Below are positions 24,128 to 34,130 of a stretch of DNA of 64,000 bases, piece by piece. The notes under the pieces were generated by a model. The model made no database searches. It was not told where the DNA came from and saw nothing but the letters and a program-made list of their open reading frames with translations. How positions within the stretch are numbered: the first letter of the stretch is position 1; each line of letters starts with the position of its first letter. Made by a program: the position numbers and the translations under genes. Source of the DNA: Squalus acanthias (taxonomy: Eukaryota); contig CM059447.1 in NCBI GenBank assembly GCA_030390025.1, positions 19,964,001 through 20,028,000 on the forward strand. The letters are read 5' to 3'.

Positions 24128-25465
24128 GACACTTCAGTGCAGTACTGAGGGAAAGCTACACTGCTGGAGGTGCCATCCTTTGGATTAGATATCGAACACA
24201 GACCCTGTCTGTCTGTTCAGGTTAAAGATCATGTGTCACTATTTGAAGAAGAGCAGTGAGCTCTTCTGGTGTCCTGCTCAACAATTCTCTCTCCGACACC
24301 AGACAAAAAAAAAGATTAACTGGTCACTCATTTTGTTGCTGTTTGTAAGACCTTGCTGTGTGTAAAACGGCCACCATGTTTGCCTACATAGCAACAGTGT
24401 CCTCGGCCCAACCATCTTCAGCTGCTTCATCAATGATCTTCCCTCCAACACAAGGTCAGAAATGGGGATGTTCGCTGATGACTGCACAGTGTTCAGCGCC
24501 ATTCACAACTCCTCAGATAACGAAGTAGTCCATGCCCGCATGCAACAAGACCCGGATGATGATCAGGCTTGGGCTGATAAGTGGCAGGTAACATTCGCGC
24601 CACAGAAGTGCCAGGCAATGACTATCTCCAACAAGTGAGAGTCTAACCACCGCCCCTTGACATTCAATGGCATTACCATTGCCCAATCTCCCACCATCAA
24701 CATCCTGGGGGTCACCATTGACCAGAAACTTAACTGGACCAGCCACATAAATACTGTGGCAAGAAGAGCAGGTCAGAGGCTAGGTATTCTGCGGCGAGTG
24801 TCTCACCTCCTGACTCCCCCAAGCCTTTCCACCATCTACAAGGCACAAGTAAGGAGTGTGATGGAATACTCTCCACTTGCCTGGATGAGTGCAGCTCCAA
24901 CAACACTCAAGAAACTCGACACCATCCAGGACATAGTAGCCCATTTGATTGGCACCCCATCCACCACCTTAAACATTCATTCCCTCCACCACCGGCGTAC
25001 CGTGGCTACAGTGTGTACCATCTACAAGATACACTGCAGCAACTTGCCAAGGCTTCTTCGGCAACACCTCCCAAACCCACGATCTCTACCACCTAGAAGG
25101 GCAAGGGCAGCAGGCGCATGGGAACACCACCACCTCCAAGTTCCCCTCCAAGTCACACACCATCCTGACTTAGAAGTATATCGCTGATCCTTCATCGCCG
25201 CTGGGTTAAAATCCTGGAACTCCCTCCCTAACAGCACTGTGGGAGTACCTTCACCACACGGACTGTAGCGTTTCAAGAAGACGGCTCACCATCACCTTCT
25301 CAAGGGCAATTAGGTATGGGCAATAAATGCTTGCCTTGCCAGCGAGGCCCAGATCCCATAAGCGAATAATAAAATAAAACAGTGACTGAATTTCAAAAAT
25401 TAATTAATTGAGGAGTGCTTTGAGATGTCTTGAGCGATGTGACAAGGTACCATATCATGAAAACC
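24128..25465 (+). mobile_element. Degraded Deu-domain SINE split by a LINE insertion
   Basis: 24128-24398 and 25378-25465 together align to the SINE at 47175-47625. Confidence 0.75.
24396..25377 (+). mobile_element. 5'-truncated CR1/L2-group LINE (RT C-terminus plus 3' UTR)
   Basis: Motifs SVLGPTIFSCFINDLPS, MFADDC, WADKWQVTFAPQKC and YKAQVRSVMEYS; A-rich tail; aacagtg occurs on both sides as an apparent TSD. Confidence 0.92.
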
Positions 25466-25769
25466 CATTCTATCATACCATCAGTGTTAAATTGAGCCTT
25501 GCGCTGGGAATTGGGGGTGGGGGTAAACACAGGCACAACTGTGGGATTGAGCCCCACAGCCAAAAGCCTCCAGGCCCAAAGATCCATTGGGTGGCTGCAA
25601 CAGAAAGGCAGTACTTACCTTTCTGGCCTCCCTTACCTTGCTGTCTGATTCCCTCAGCTCATCAAATCTTAGGAGATCCCAGGTGCAAGACCTAACGCCA
25701 GTTTCCTCAGGTACCCCTGAAAATAGGCACCCTTTGATCAGAGATCTCCATTCATTTTTTAGTTGTTTT

Positions 25770-26112
25770 TAGGATGAGGGCAATGCTGGTAAGGCAGCAT
25801 TTATTGCCCATGCTTAGTTGCCCTGACAACTGACTGGTTTGCTAGGCTACGTCAGAGGACATTGAGTCAATCACAAATAGTGGGACTGGAATCAAACATA
25901 ATCCAGACTGGGTAGAGGAGGCAGGTTCCTGTCCCTGAAAGACATTAGTGAACCAGTTGGCTTTTTATGACAATCTGATAGCTTTCACAGTCAATCTTTT
26001 CTGGTGCCAACCCATAAATGGCCAAGTACTGCATGTTGAATTCAGTTTCACAATTCACCAGGATGGGATTTGCATACATGACCTCTGTTTTAACTAATCT
26101 AGTGTGATATCA
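25770..26112 (-). mobile_element. tRNA-derived SINE sharing its 3' tail with the 24396 LINE family
   Basis: ggcagcatttattgcccat is the reverse complement of that LINE's tail (atgggcaataaatgc); decayed tRNA-like head near 26060-26110. Confidence 0.55.
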
Positions 26113-26242
26113 TCGCGGTGGAACGTAATAATGTCACATGACCAAGTTCTACACAAGATTTTGATGCCTCTAAGAAGCATGACACAGAATAACGAGGGAG
26201 GACTTAGACATTATAATAATCAAAGGAATAGTGGGTCTCCTG

Positions 26243-26656
26243 TGTGAGCTGTGGCTCAGTGGGTTCAGGGACTTGAGCACATAAAAAAGCTCGGCTGACA
26301 CTCCAGTGCAGTGCTGAGGGAGTGCTGCATTGTCTGAGGTGCCGTCTTTCAGATGAGATGTTAAACCGAGGCCCCGTCTACTCTCTCAGGTGGACATAAA
26401 AGATCCCATGGCACTATTTCGAAGAAGAACAGGGGAGTTAACCCCGGTGTGCTGGCCAATATTTATCCCTCAACTAACAACAAAAACAGATTATCTGGTC
26501 ATTATCACATCGCTGTTTGATGGGACCTTGCTGTGCACAAATTGGCTGCTGCGTTTCCCACATTACAACAGTGACTCCACTTCAAAAAGTACTTCATTGG
26601 CTGTAAAGCGCTTTGAGACGTCCGGTGGTCGTGAAAGGCGCTATATAAATGCAAGT
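26243..26656 (+). mobile_element. Deu-domain tRNA SINE (SacSINE1-like)
   Basis: tggctcagtgg head, Deu core (gtgccgtctttcagatgagatgttaaaccgaggccccg), L2-like tail ending tatataaatgcaagt. Confidence 0.88.
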
Positions 26657-27525
26657 ACATAGATCCCTTGGTGTGCATGTACATAGATCCCTGAAGGCAG
26701 CAGGACAGGTAGATAAGGTGGTTAAAAAGGCATATGGGATACTTGCCTTCATTAGCCAAGGCATAGAATATAATATAATATAATCCGGCTCAAAGTGGAG
26801 AGAATCGCCAAGAAGATCGCGCATATCGACATCTATATATGCTTTGACGATTCTGTATCTCCTCACTTCACCCGACGAAGGAGTTTTAACTCCGAAAGCT
26901 TGTGATTTAAAATAAAACTGTTGGACTATAACCTGGTGTTGTGCGACCTCTCAATAGAATATAAGAGCAGGGAGCTTATGATGGAGCTGTACAAAATGCT
27001 AGTTAGGCCACAGCTGGAATCCTGTGTGCAGTTCTGGTCGCCACACTATAGGAGGGATGTGATTGCAGAGGAGATTCACCAGGACTGGAGCGCTTCAGCT
27101 ATGAAGAGAAACTGGACAGGCTGGGGTTGTTTTCCTTAGAGCAGAGAAGGCGGAGGGGAGATCTGATTGAGGTGTACAAAATTATGAGGGGCATAGATAG
27201 GGTAGATAGAAAGGAACATTTCCCCTTAGTAGAGGGGTCAATAACCAGGGGGCATAATTTCAAGGTAAGGGGCAGGGGGATTTGAGGAAAAACTTTTTCA
27301 CCCAGAGGGTGGTTGGAATCTGGAACTCACTGCCTGAAAGGGTGGTAGAGGCAGGAACCCTCACAACATTCAAGAAGCATTTAGATGAGCACTTGAAACG
27401 CCATAGCATACAAGGCTACGGACCAAGTGCTGGAAAATGGGATTAGAATAGACAGGGCTTGATGGCCGGCACGGACACGATGGGCCAAAGGGCCTCTTTC
27501 TGTGCTGTATAACTCTATGACTCTA
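26657..27525 (+). mobile_element. CR1 (HER1-like) LINE 3' fragment interrupted by a PLE insertion
   Basis: IEYKSRELMMELYKMLVRPQLESCVQFWSPHY; CR1 3' UTR with (ctctatga)-like tail. Confidence 0.92.
26774..26953 (+). mobile_element. Penelope pLTR insertion, family 1
   Basis: Flanked by TSD atagaatataa (26763-26773, 26954-26964); carries a hammerhead-like motif at 26868-26905. Confidence 0.85.
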
Positions 27526-28283
27526 AGTCTTTCTTTCTTGCATTTTTGCTGGTTGGAAAAATTGGATTCTGTGTGGCGAAGAATGAGGCAGAACATTGTT
27601 TCATTTTAATTGGAAGTAGGTAATCTATGGATTACTTCAAGACTATTCAAAAGATTGAAGACTTTTCATCCACCAGCTGAGTTACAGAAGTACTGGAAAA
27701 AATATTGCAGTGGCACGAGGTGCTGCTGATTTTCAGGGATGATTAATCAGAGCTCCCACATGTACATCGTATCTTTCAGAGTCAAGAAGAATTGAAATCA
27801 GCAGAAAAACACAGATTTCATTTCCATTTTTTTCTGCTGACTTTTGACCGCCCTTGCTTCATAAATCAAGAGCTTCTTAATGACATTCCCAGCACCTTAC
27901 TGAGTGGAAGCCTCAACCTATCACATTTGCATAACAGATGATGTGTTTGTAACAATTTTAATAGGTTTCATTGTGTTTATAATGTCCTGCTAAATAACTG
28001 CGAACGGATAACTACTTGACATAACAATGAAAGAGTGGACGCTCTTTGAAAGTGTTCATGATTGCTCAGGTTTTTCTAGAATCTCCACATAGGAGTTATG
28101 GTAATTAAAAAAATAATCCACAGCGCCTTTTATAATGGTCTGCCTAGAATATGATTTGAAACAAGAGCTGCTAATATACTTTAAGAAAAGCAAAATACTC
28201 CTGGAAATCTGAAACAAAAGCAGAAGGTGCTGGAACTACTCAGCAGGTCAGGCAGCATCTGTGGAGAGAAAAGCAGAGCTAAC

Positions 28284-29259
28284 GGCCGCGATTTCGCCGA
28301 CCGACGCGGGTCCGGGACGGCCGGGGTCGGTGTCGCGGTCCCAGCCCGCTGCCTACTGCAGCCCGCACTCTCCAAGCGATTTTACATAAATAGGGCTTGT
28401 TAAGCCCGCCCGGAGAGGTTCCCAGCTAATTAAAAGGAAGCGGGTCTGATGATGTCATTTGATTACGCATCAACAGCCGGTTTCCTTAAAGGGGCCATGT
28501 CCAAATTTACTTTGACAGTTGTGCTGTCAGTGTTCTACAGCATTGAGGTGCTGCAAACACTGACAATGACTGCACAAAGGTGCATGGCTGTACCCAGGCT
28601 CTCCAATGACACCCTCCATACGCTTATGGAGGGAGTCACAGCACGCAGGGAGGTTCTCTTCCCTTCCAACGGGCGGAAGAGACCACCACAGGAGATCAAC
28701 ACAGCCTGGTTGCACATTGCACAGGAGGGCACAAGCAGGGATGTCGTCAGGAGGACCAGGCTGCAGTGGCACAAACCTTTCAATGATCTGAGCAGATCAC
28801 GAAACGTTACTGCCAAGCCACACTCAACCTCATCCTGCTGTGCCACTCATCACATCCCCATCACTCTGCCTTCCCTACCCTACTCCTGCACATCCTTACT
28901 CACACCAACTTACCTTGCACCTCCACCCATCCCTCTCTATCTATATTATCACTTCTCCATCTCACTAGCCACCCCTCACACTCACCCTCATCCTACTGCA
29001 AGCATACAAACTAACAACACACAAGGGTAGGCACTTGGGTGTTTTAACCAATGTTCATGTGCAGTTTCTGGTAATGTGCTGTCAAACATTGAAACCTTTA
29101 TTTTCAGCACTTTGCGTTCTTGGATGGACAGACCCGACACCTAGGAGACTCGCGTGGAGGCGGGTTTGCAGTGGGTTCCCAACCCGCTGTCAATCTTTTC
29201 TATTTTGACAGCGGACCCGCCTCCGAACCCGCCCTCTGAGCGCCGGCAAAATTCAGCCC
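28284..29259 (+). mobile_element. Harbinger deletion derivative carrying a Myb/SANT-like gene fragment
   Basis: TIRs ggccgcgatttcgcc / ggcaaaattcagccc; perfect 3-bp TSD AAC. Confidence 0.88.
28566..28805 (+). pseudogene. Harbinger Myb/SANT-like DNA-binding domain
   Basis: AVPRLSNDTLHTLMEGVTARREVLFPSNGRKRPPQEINTAWLHIAQEGTSRDVVRRTRLQWHKPFNDLSRS is a typical MSANTD/trihelix-type domain. Confidence 0.8.
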
Positions 29260-29317
29260 AACGTTTCAGGTCGATGACCTTTCATCAGAACTGGAAGAAG
29301 TTAGAGATGTAACTGTT

Positions 29318-29770
29318 AGAAACATAGAAAATTAGGAGCAGGAGTAGGTGATTCGGCCCTTCGAGCCTGCTCCGCCATTCAACACGATCATGGCTGATCC
29401 TCTATCTCAACACCATATTCCCGCTCTCTCCCCATACCCCTTGATGCCTTTTGTGTCTAGAAATCTATCTATCTCCTTCTTAAATATATTCAGTGACTTG
29501 GCCTCCACAGCCTTCTGTGGTAGAGAATTCCACAGGTTCACCACCCTCTGAGTAAAGAAATTTCTCCTCATCTCAGTCCTAAATGTCCTACCCCGTATCC
29601 TGAGACTGCGACCCCTCGTTCTAGACCCCCCAGCCAGGGGAAACATCCTCCCTGCATCCAGTCTGTCTAGCCCTGTCAGAATCTTATACGTTTCAATGAG
29701 ATCCCCTCTCATTCTTCTAAACTCTGGTGAATACAGGCCTAGTCGACCCAATCTCTCCTCATATGACAAA
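29318..29770 (-). mobile_element. CR1 (HER1-like) LINE 3' end
   Basis: SYEERLGRLGLYSPEFRRMRGDLIETYKIL...FFTQRVVNLWNSLP; tail (tttctatg)n. Confidence 0.95.
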
Positions 29771-30000
29771 ATCACAGGAATACATGGCTTGGATATGTGA
29801 GCATCCCGAGAAAGTGGTTTTATTAGCAGTGAGGGAAAATAAACAGCCAATCATGATATACCTGCTGTAATGATCTTTTAATGCTCCTCAAGCAGCTAAC
29901 AAGCCCCATATCTAGGATAAACATTGAAAAGTTCATTAATCCAGCTGTGGAAAATGGTTGAACGCGAACAGTGAAAAGCCTGATTTAATGATGAGACCTG

Positions 30001-30653
30001 GGGGGATTTTTAAATTCCCGGGCAGGAAAACGGCCGAGCGAGCGCTAGGTGTATCCATGAGAGGCAGCGGGAAGCCCAGCCAATTTTAACATCTGGGCCT
30101 CATTAACGTCCCTCTAGTAGATTTTGCGAATGAAACGGCTGCCCAGCCTTCAAAATCGGGTGGCTCGGAGGTTGCCAGCCGGCCGCAAGGTAAGCGTGAG
30201 GATGGGAGCGACGGGATTTCCAGGGCGGTCAGCGGTTTGAGAAGGTTGGGGGGGGGGGGGGGTGCGGGGAAGAAACCGGAGCAGGCGAGACCTACACTTG
30301 CTTTTGCTCCTGCTCCTCCGGGCCCCACAAAAAGAAAATAAATACACTTACCTTGAGGGACCTCTTCTCCCGGTGATCAGCCTCCTTCCTGCCTGCTTCT
30401 GCCTGGCGGGAAAGCCGCAGTCGCTTCCACGCAGGCCAGTGTTAAAATGGCGGTAGGGTCCTGGTGACCTCATCGGGTGCCAACATGCATATTTAAAGAA
30501 GGACCCCGCCAGCTTCAGGCGGGCGTCCTTGGAGCCTGCAATTTAAAATTGCAGTCGGCGGGATCGGGGTGGGAAACCAGCGGGTTTGTCTCCCGCTCTA
30601 TTTTAATGCCCCCCGCCCAGTTTCAGTCAGGTGGGGAGAGTTAAAACTTCCCC
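30001..30653. mobile_element. Harbinger-type MITE
   Basis: TIR-like gggggatttttaa / ttaaaacttcccc; related to 51542-52168. Confidence 0.75.
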
Positions 30654-31132
30654 ATGCGTTTGCTGATAACTTCTGTTATGGAGAAATGCAAGCATCTTTT
30701 TGTTGGGGATGATGGCCCCTAACTATGAAAAGGAAATGCTGAGCATGGCAATATGTCATTGGACGTGTCAGTGCAGTCTCAGCTACTTGGAAGATCCAAC
30801 TGGAGGTCCAGATGAAGTTGTAGAACTTTAAAAAAAAAAGGGTTCAATATTACAGTAAGTATCAGCACTGGACATCGATGGGCATGAAGGAAAACAGAAG
30901 TTGCAGCAGGTAGAGGCAAAAATCACTGCACAAAGATGTAGCAGCTAAACTATTAGAAATGAAAATAGTAGGATTATGCATGGGATGATACAAAGGAGAA
31001 TGTACTGTCGGAAGGAATTTCAATTGCCAAATCGCCTTTGCCTCAATCCTTACTGCTCTTCTAAAAGGAAAGCACAGCATTCAGCAGACTCTTTAGCCCC
31101 ACACACTAAACAAATAACACTATATAGTCATA

Positions 31133-31297
31133 AATAACAACAGAAAACACTGGAAAAACTCAGCAGGCCAGGCAGCATCCGTCTTTGACCTGAAACGTTA
31201 ACTCTGTTTCTCTCTCCATGGATGCTGCCTGGCCTGCTGAGTTTTTCCAGCGTTTTCTGTTGTTAATTCAGATTTCCAGCAGGCGCAGTATTTTGCT
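31133..31297. mobile_element. PLE-derived fold-back insertion with 14-bp TSD
   Basis: TSD actatatagtcata at 31119-31132 and 31298-31311; ~46-bp inverted arms. Confidence 0.9.
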
Positions 31298-31861
31298 ACT
31301 ATATAGTCATAGTTGCTCTATTCAGGAGTGAGAGTCTGAAAGGTGCTAGAAGTGTGGAAATTGGACTGGTGTACTGGTGTATAACCACAGTACAGTAATT
31401 AAATATTCTATGATTTACATGATATCTTCAATTAATTTGCTCATAGACACGAATTGTGCACAATTGCATCTGGTGTCAATATCGTACCCACATGAATAAG
31501 AATGCTTACGGAGCCACCGTGTGTAATCTGTTCTCTTCACAGAGCAAGAAGAATGCTCTACCAGGTATACCGAAAGCAGGACCAATCACCTGACCACTAT
31601 CCATCACCGCCACCACTTGAATCGGGCACCAGCCCTGATATGCACCACAGGAAACGTTGAGGAGAGGAAGCATAGGGGGAGGTACTAAGCATGTTAGAAA
31701 AGGGAAGTAGCGGTGATGAGGGGCTTGCAGATACAAGGTGGGGATGAAGTACACTGAGGTTCCCTGCTGAGGTGTATAAGAATACACACCTGCTTTGGAA
31801 TGGCAGCTGGGACAGCAGCAACCATACTGAGCAGATACTTGCATTCTTGTACATGTTAGTG

Positions 31862-32375
31862 GAACTTCGAGACACACGACAACGCAAAATCGTCGAGCAG
31901 AAACTGATAGCCAAGTTCCGCACCCATGAGGACGGCCTCAACCAGGATCTTGGGTTCATGTCACGCTACATGTAACCCCACCGGACGTAGAGTCATCCAG
32001 ACTCGAGTCGTCATTGGCTTGTTCTCTCTACACAGCTGCGGCCGGACCTGCTGTGATTTCCAGCAAAAAAAGTTTTTTGTTTTCCATCCAGACCCCAGCA
32101 TCTGCCACATTGTCTTTGATGTAATGTTTTCCTGACTGACCTGTTTGGACACCATCCACACCTTTGATTGCCGTGATTATCTCTCTGCCGAGGTGTGATA
32201 AAGGGCAGTTGGAAAGATTAACTGTAATCATCTGGCTGTGTTCTCTGACTATATATGCTGTGCCTATATGCATCTCTTCACTTCACCTGACGAAGGAGCA
32301 GCGCTCCGAAAGTTTGTGATTTCAAATAAACCTGTTGGACTATAACCTGGTGTTGTGCGACTTCTCACATTTGTT
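31862..32375 (+). mobile_element. Penelope element 3' end (GIY-YIG C-terminus plus pLTR with hammerhead)
   Basis: LRDTRQRKIVEQKLIAKFRTHEDGLNQDLGFMSRYM* matches the PLE GIY-YIG C-terminus; pLTR at 32280-32372. Confidence 0.88.
32283..32319 (+). ncRNA. Minimal type-I hammerhead ribozyme motif (PLE family 1)
   Basis: tcac-CTGACGA-A-ggagc(agc)gctcc-GAAA-gt-TT-gtga; helix-III palindrome mutated (AGTT instead of AGCT). Confidence 0.7.
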
Positions 32376-32819
32376 AGTGGAAGATGGTCTGTGCAGTAAC
32401 TAACACGCGGCATCAACTGTCTGCATTGTAGTTTTCCATTAAACATCTAGCTACGCAGTGGTATCTCCAGCAGAGGCATTACTCATGAATCCTCCCCATG
32501 TTGGTATGGAGGATGGGTAATGTTAACTTAAAAAGAAGCAGTCACGACCAGCTTCAACTCACTTGGTGAATTGTTTAAGCAACCATGAAAAAGAGATTCA
32601 AAGATTTCATATATGCCCACTGTTCGATACACACACACACAAACAGATTGATGGGCATCATGAGGAGATGCCCCCAAGTAGTGGCATGCGTGGAGTAGCA
32701 CAGGAGCAGCTGGTTGACATTCATTTCAGCTGTAGTTCTGTGCCATCACATAGCTCTGCACAAATAACAGGTGCTGATTCTGATAGTGTTGAGCCCACAG
32801 CGAATACACCAAATGATAT

Positions 32820-33041
32820 AACAACAGAAAACGCTGGAAAAACTCAGCAGGCCAGGCAGCATCCGTGGAGAGAGAAACAGAGTTAACGTTTCAGGTCGAA
32901 GACCCTTCATCAGAACTGGAAAAAAGCAGGAAATGGAATAGATTTTAAAGCAAGTTCAGGGGCTGGGAAAAGGGGGAGGGGATGAAAGAACAAAAGGGAA
33001 GGTCAGTGATAGGATAGAAAGCAGGAGAGATTAAGAGACAT
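32820..33041 (-). mobile_element. PLE-derived insertion, family 2, with 12-bp TSD
   Basis: TSD accaaatgatat at 32808-32819 and 33042-33053; inserted into an older Harbinger remnant. Confidence 0.88.
32881..32917 (-). ncRNA. Minimal type-I hammerhead ribozyme motif (PLE family 2), apparently intact
   Basis: Minus strand: agtt-CTGATGA-A-gggtc(ttc)gacct-GAAA-cg-TT-aact; palindromic AACGTT helix III. Confidence 0.75.
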
Positions 33042-33183
33042 ACCAAATGATATCCCTGGCACAGATGCAGTCTCACCAAGGTTAGTTCTAGATACAAGTA
33101 GTGGACTGTCTGTATCCCCTGCAGTTCCCCAGTTGGCTATGCAGTCACCACCAGTGCTACTTCCTTAACTAGGGGAACACTTA

Positions 33184-33929
33184 GGGCTAGATTTTCATTG
33201 AACCGTGGAGGTGGGTTTGGAGGCGTGTGGGGGGTTAAAATTGCAAAAACTGGCAGGCAGGCACAAGCCCACCTCCATGCAATTTTCATTAAATCGTGTC
33301 TGCTGGTCCCGACTCCGTCCCGCCTCTAAGAGGCGGGATAGGCTGTTAAGGCCCTTAACAAGCACTAAATTGCCTCTACAATGCCATTTTGAAAGGCCTT
33401 TGTGATTTTAACCCCTTTTCTACGTGAAGCATGCCTGTTCTGAACCACGAATGTGAAGGCAGGCTGGCTGGCTGGCTGGGAGACATATCTGGGAGTGGTG
33501 GTGGATGGATGGGAGACATATCTGGGAGTGGTGGTGGATGGATGGGAGACATATCTGGGAGTGGTGGTGGATGGATGGGAGACATATCTGGGAGTGGTGG
33601 TGGATGGATGGGAGACATATCTGGGAGTGGTGGTGCAAAAATATCTGGGAGCAGACTTAGGGCTGCTGCTGCTCATTTTGCATCCAGGTCCTCTCACAGC
33701 AAAGGCCAGGCAGTCTTTGCAGACCTTCAATGCAGCAGCAATGATGACATCATCAGAGGCGACTTTCAGACTGAAAACACTAATTGGGTCATGGGTTCCC
33801 ACATGCTGGAACTCAATTGCCCAATTAGGTGACAATCGCATCAATCTCCCACATCCAATTGCAGTCGGGTGGATAACACGAAAAGTGGATGACACGACCC
33901 CAACCCGCCCCAGTATCAAAATCCAGCCC
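33184..33929. mobile_element. Harbinger-type non-autonomous element
   Basis: TIRs gggctagatttt / aaaatccagccc; TSD TTA/TTA. Confidence 0.85.
33478..33635. repeat. 33-bp minisatellite, ~4.8 identical units (gggagacatatctgggagtggtggtggatggat)
   Basis: Directly visible; explains the repetitive ORFs in six frames. Confidence 0.97.
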
Positions 33930-33935
33930 TTAGTA

Positions 33936-34130
33936 CAGCGGTTCCCAACCTTTTCCTTCATGCGGACCACCAGCCGTTTAAAAATTGCTTCTGCGGACCA
34001 CCAGCCGTTTAAAATTTTTTTAACAGCCTATGGCTGACGGGAGTCAAACTTATATATTTTTTTTCACGGACCACCTGCAGTACCCTCGCGGACCACCAGT
34101 GGTCCGCGGACCACAGGTTGGGAAACGCTG
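33936..34130. mobile_element. hAT (Charlie/MER5-like) MITE, 195 bp
   Basis: TIRs cagcggttcccaacct / aggttgggaaacgctg; perfect 8-bp TSD ccttagta; repeated gcggaccac subterminal motifs. Confidence 0.93.

Larger units (their letters stand above)
28182..29318 (-). mobile_element. PLE-derived repeat, family 2, split by the Harbinger element at 28284-29259
   Basis: 28182-28283 joined to 29263-29318 reconstitutes a copy of the 32820-32925 repeat. Confidence 0.85.

Noticed and set aside
28449-29030. Functional domesticated Myb/SANT (MSANTD/NAIF1-like) gene
   Set aside because: Lies between TIRs with a TSD, is truncated after the domain, and runs into low-complexity intron-like sequence.
33478-33635. 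33-bp repeats resembling a CRISPR array or repeat-protein ORFs
   Set aside because: Head-to-tail units with no spacers, eukaryotic context; the ORFs arise only because 33 is divisible by 3.
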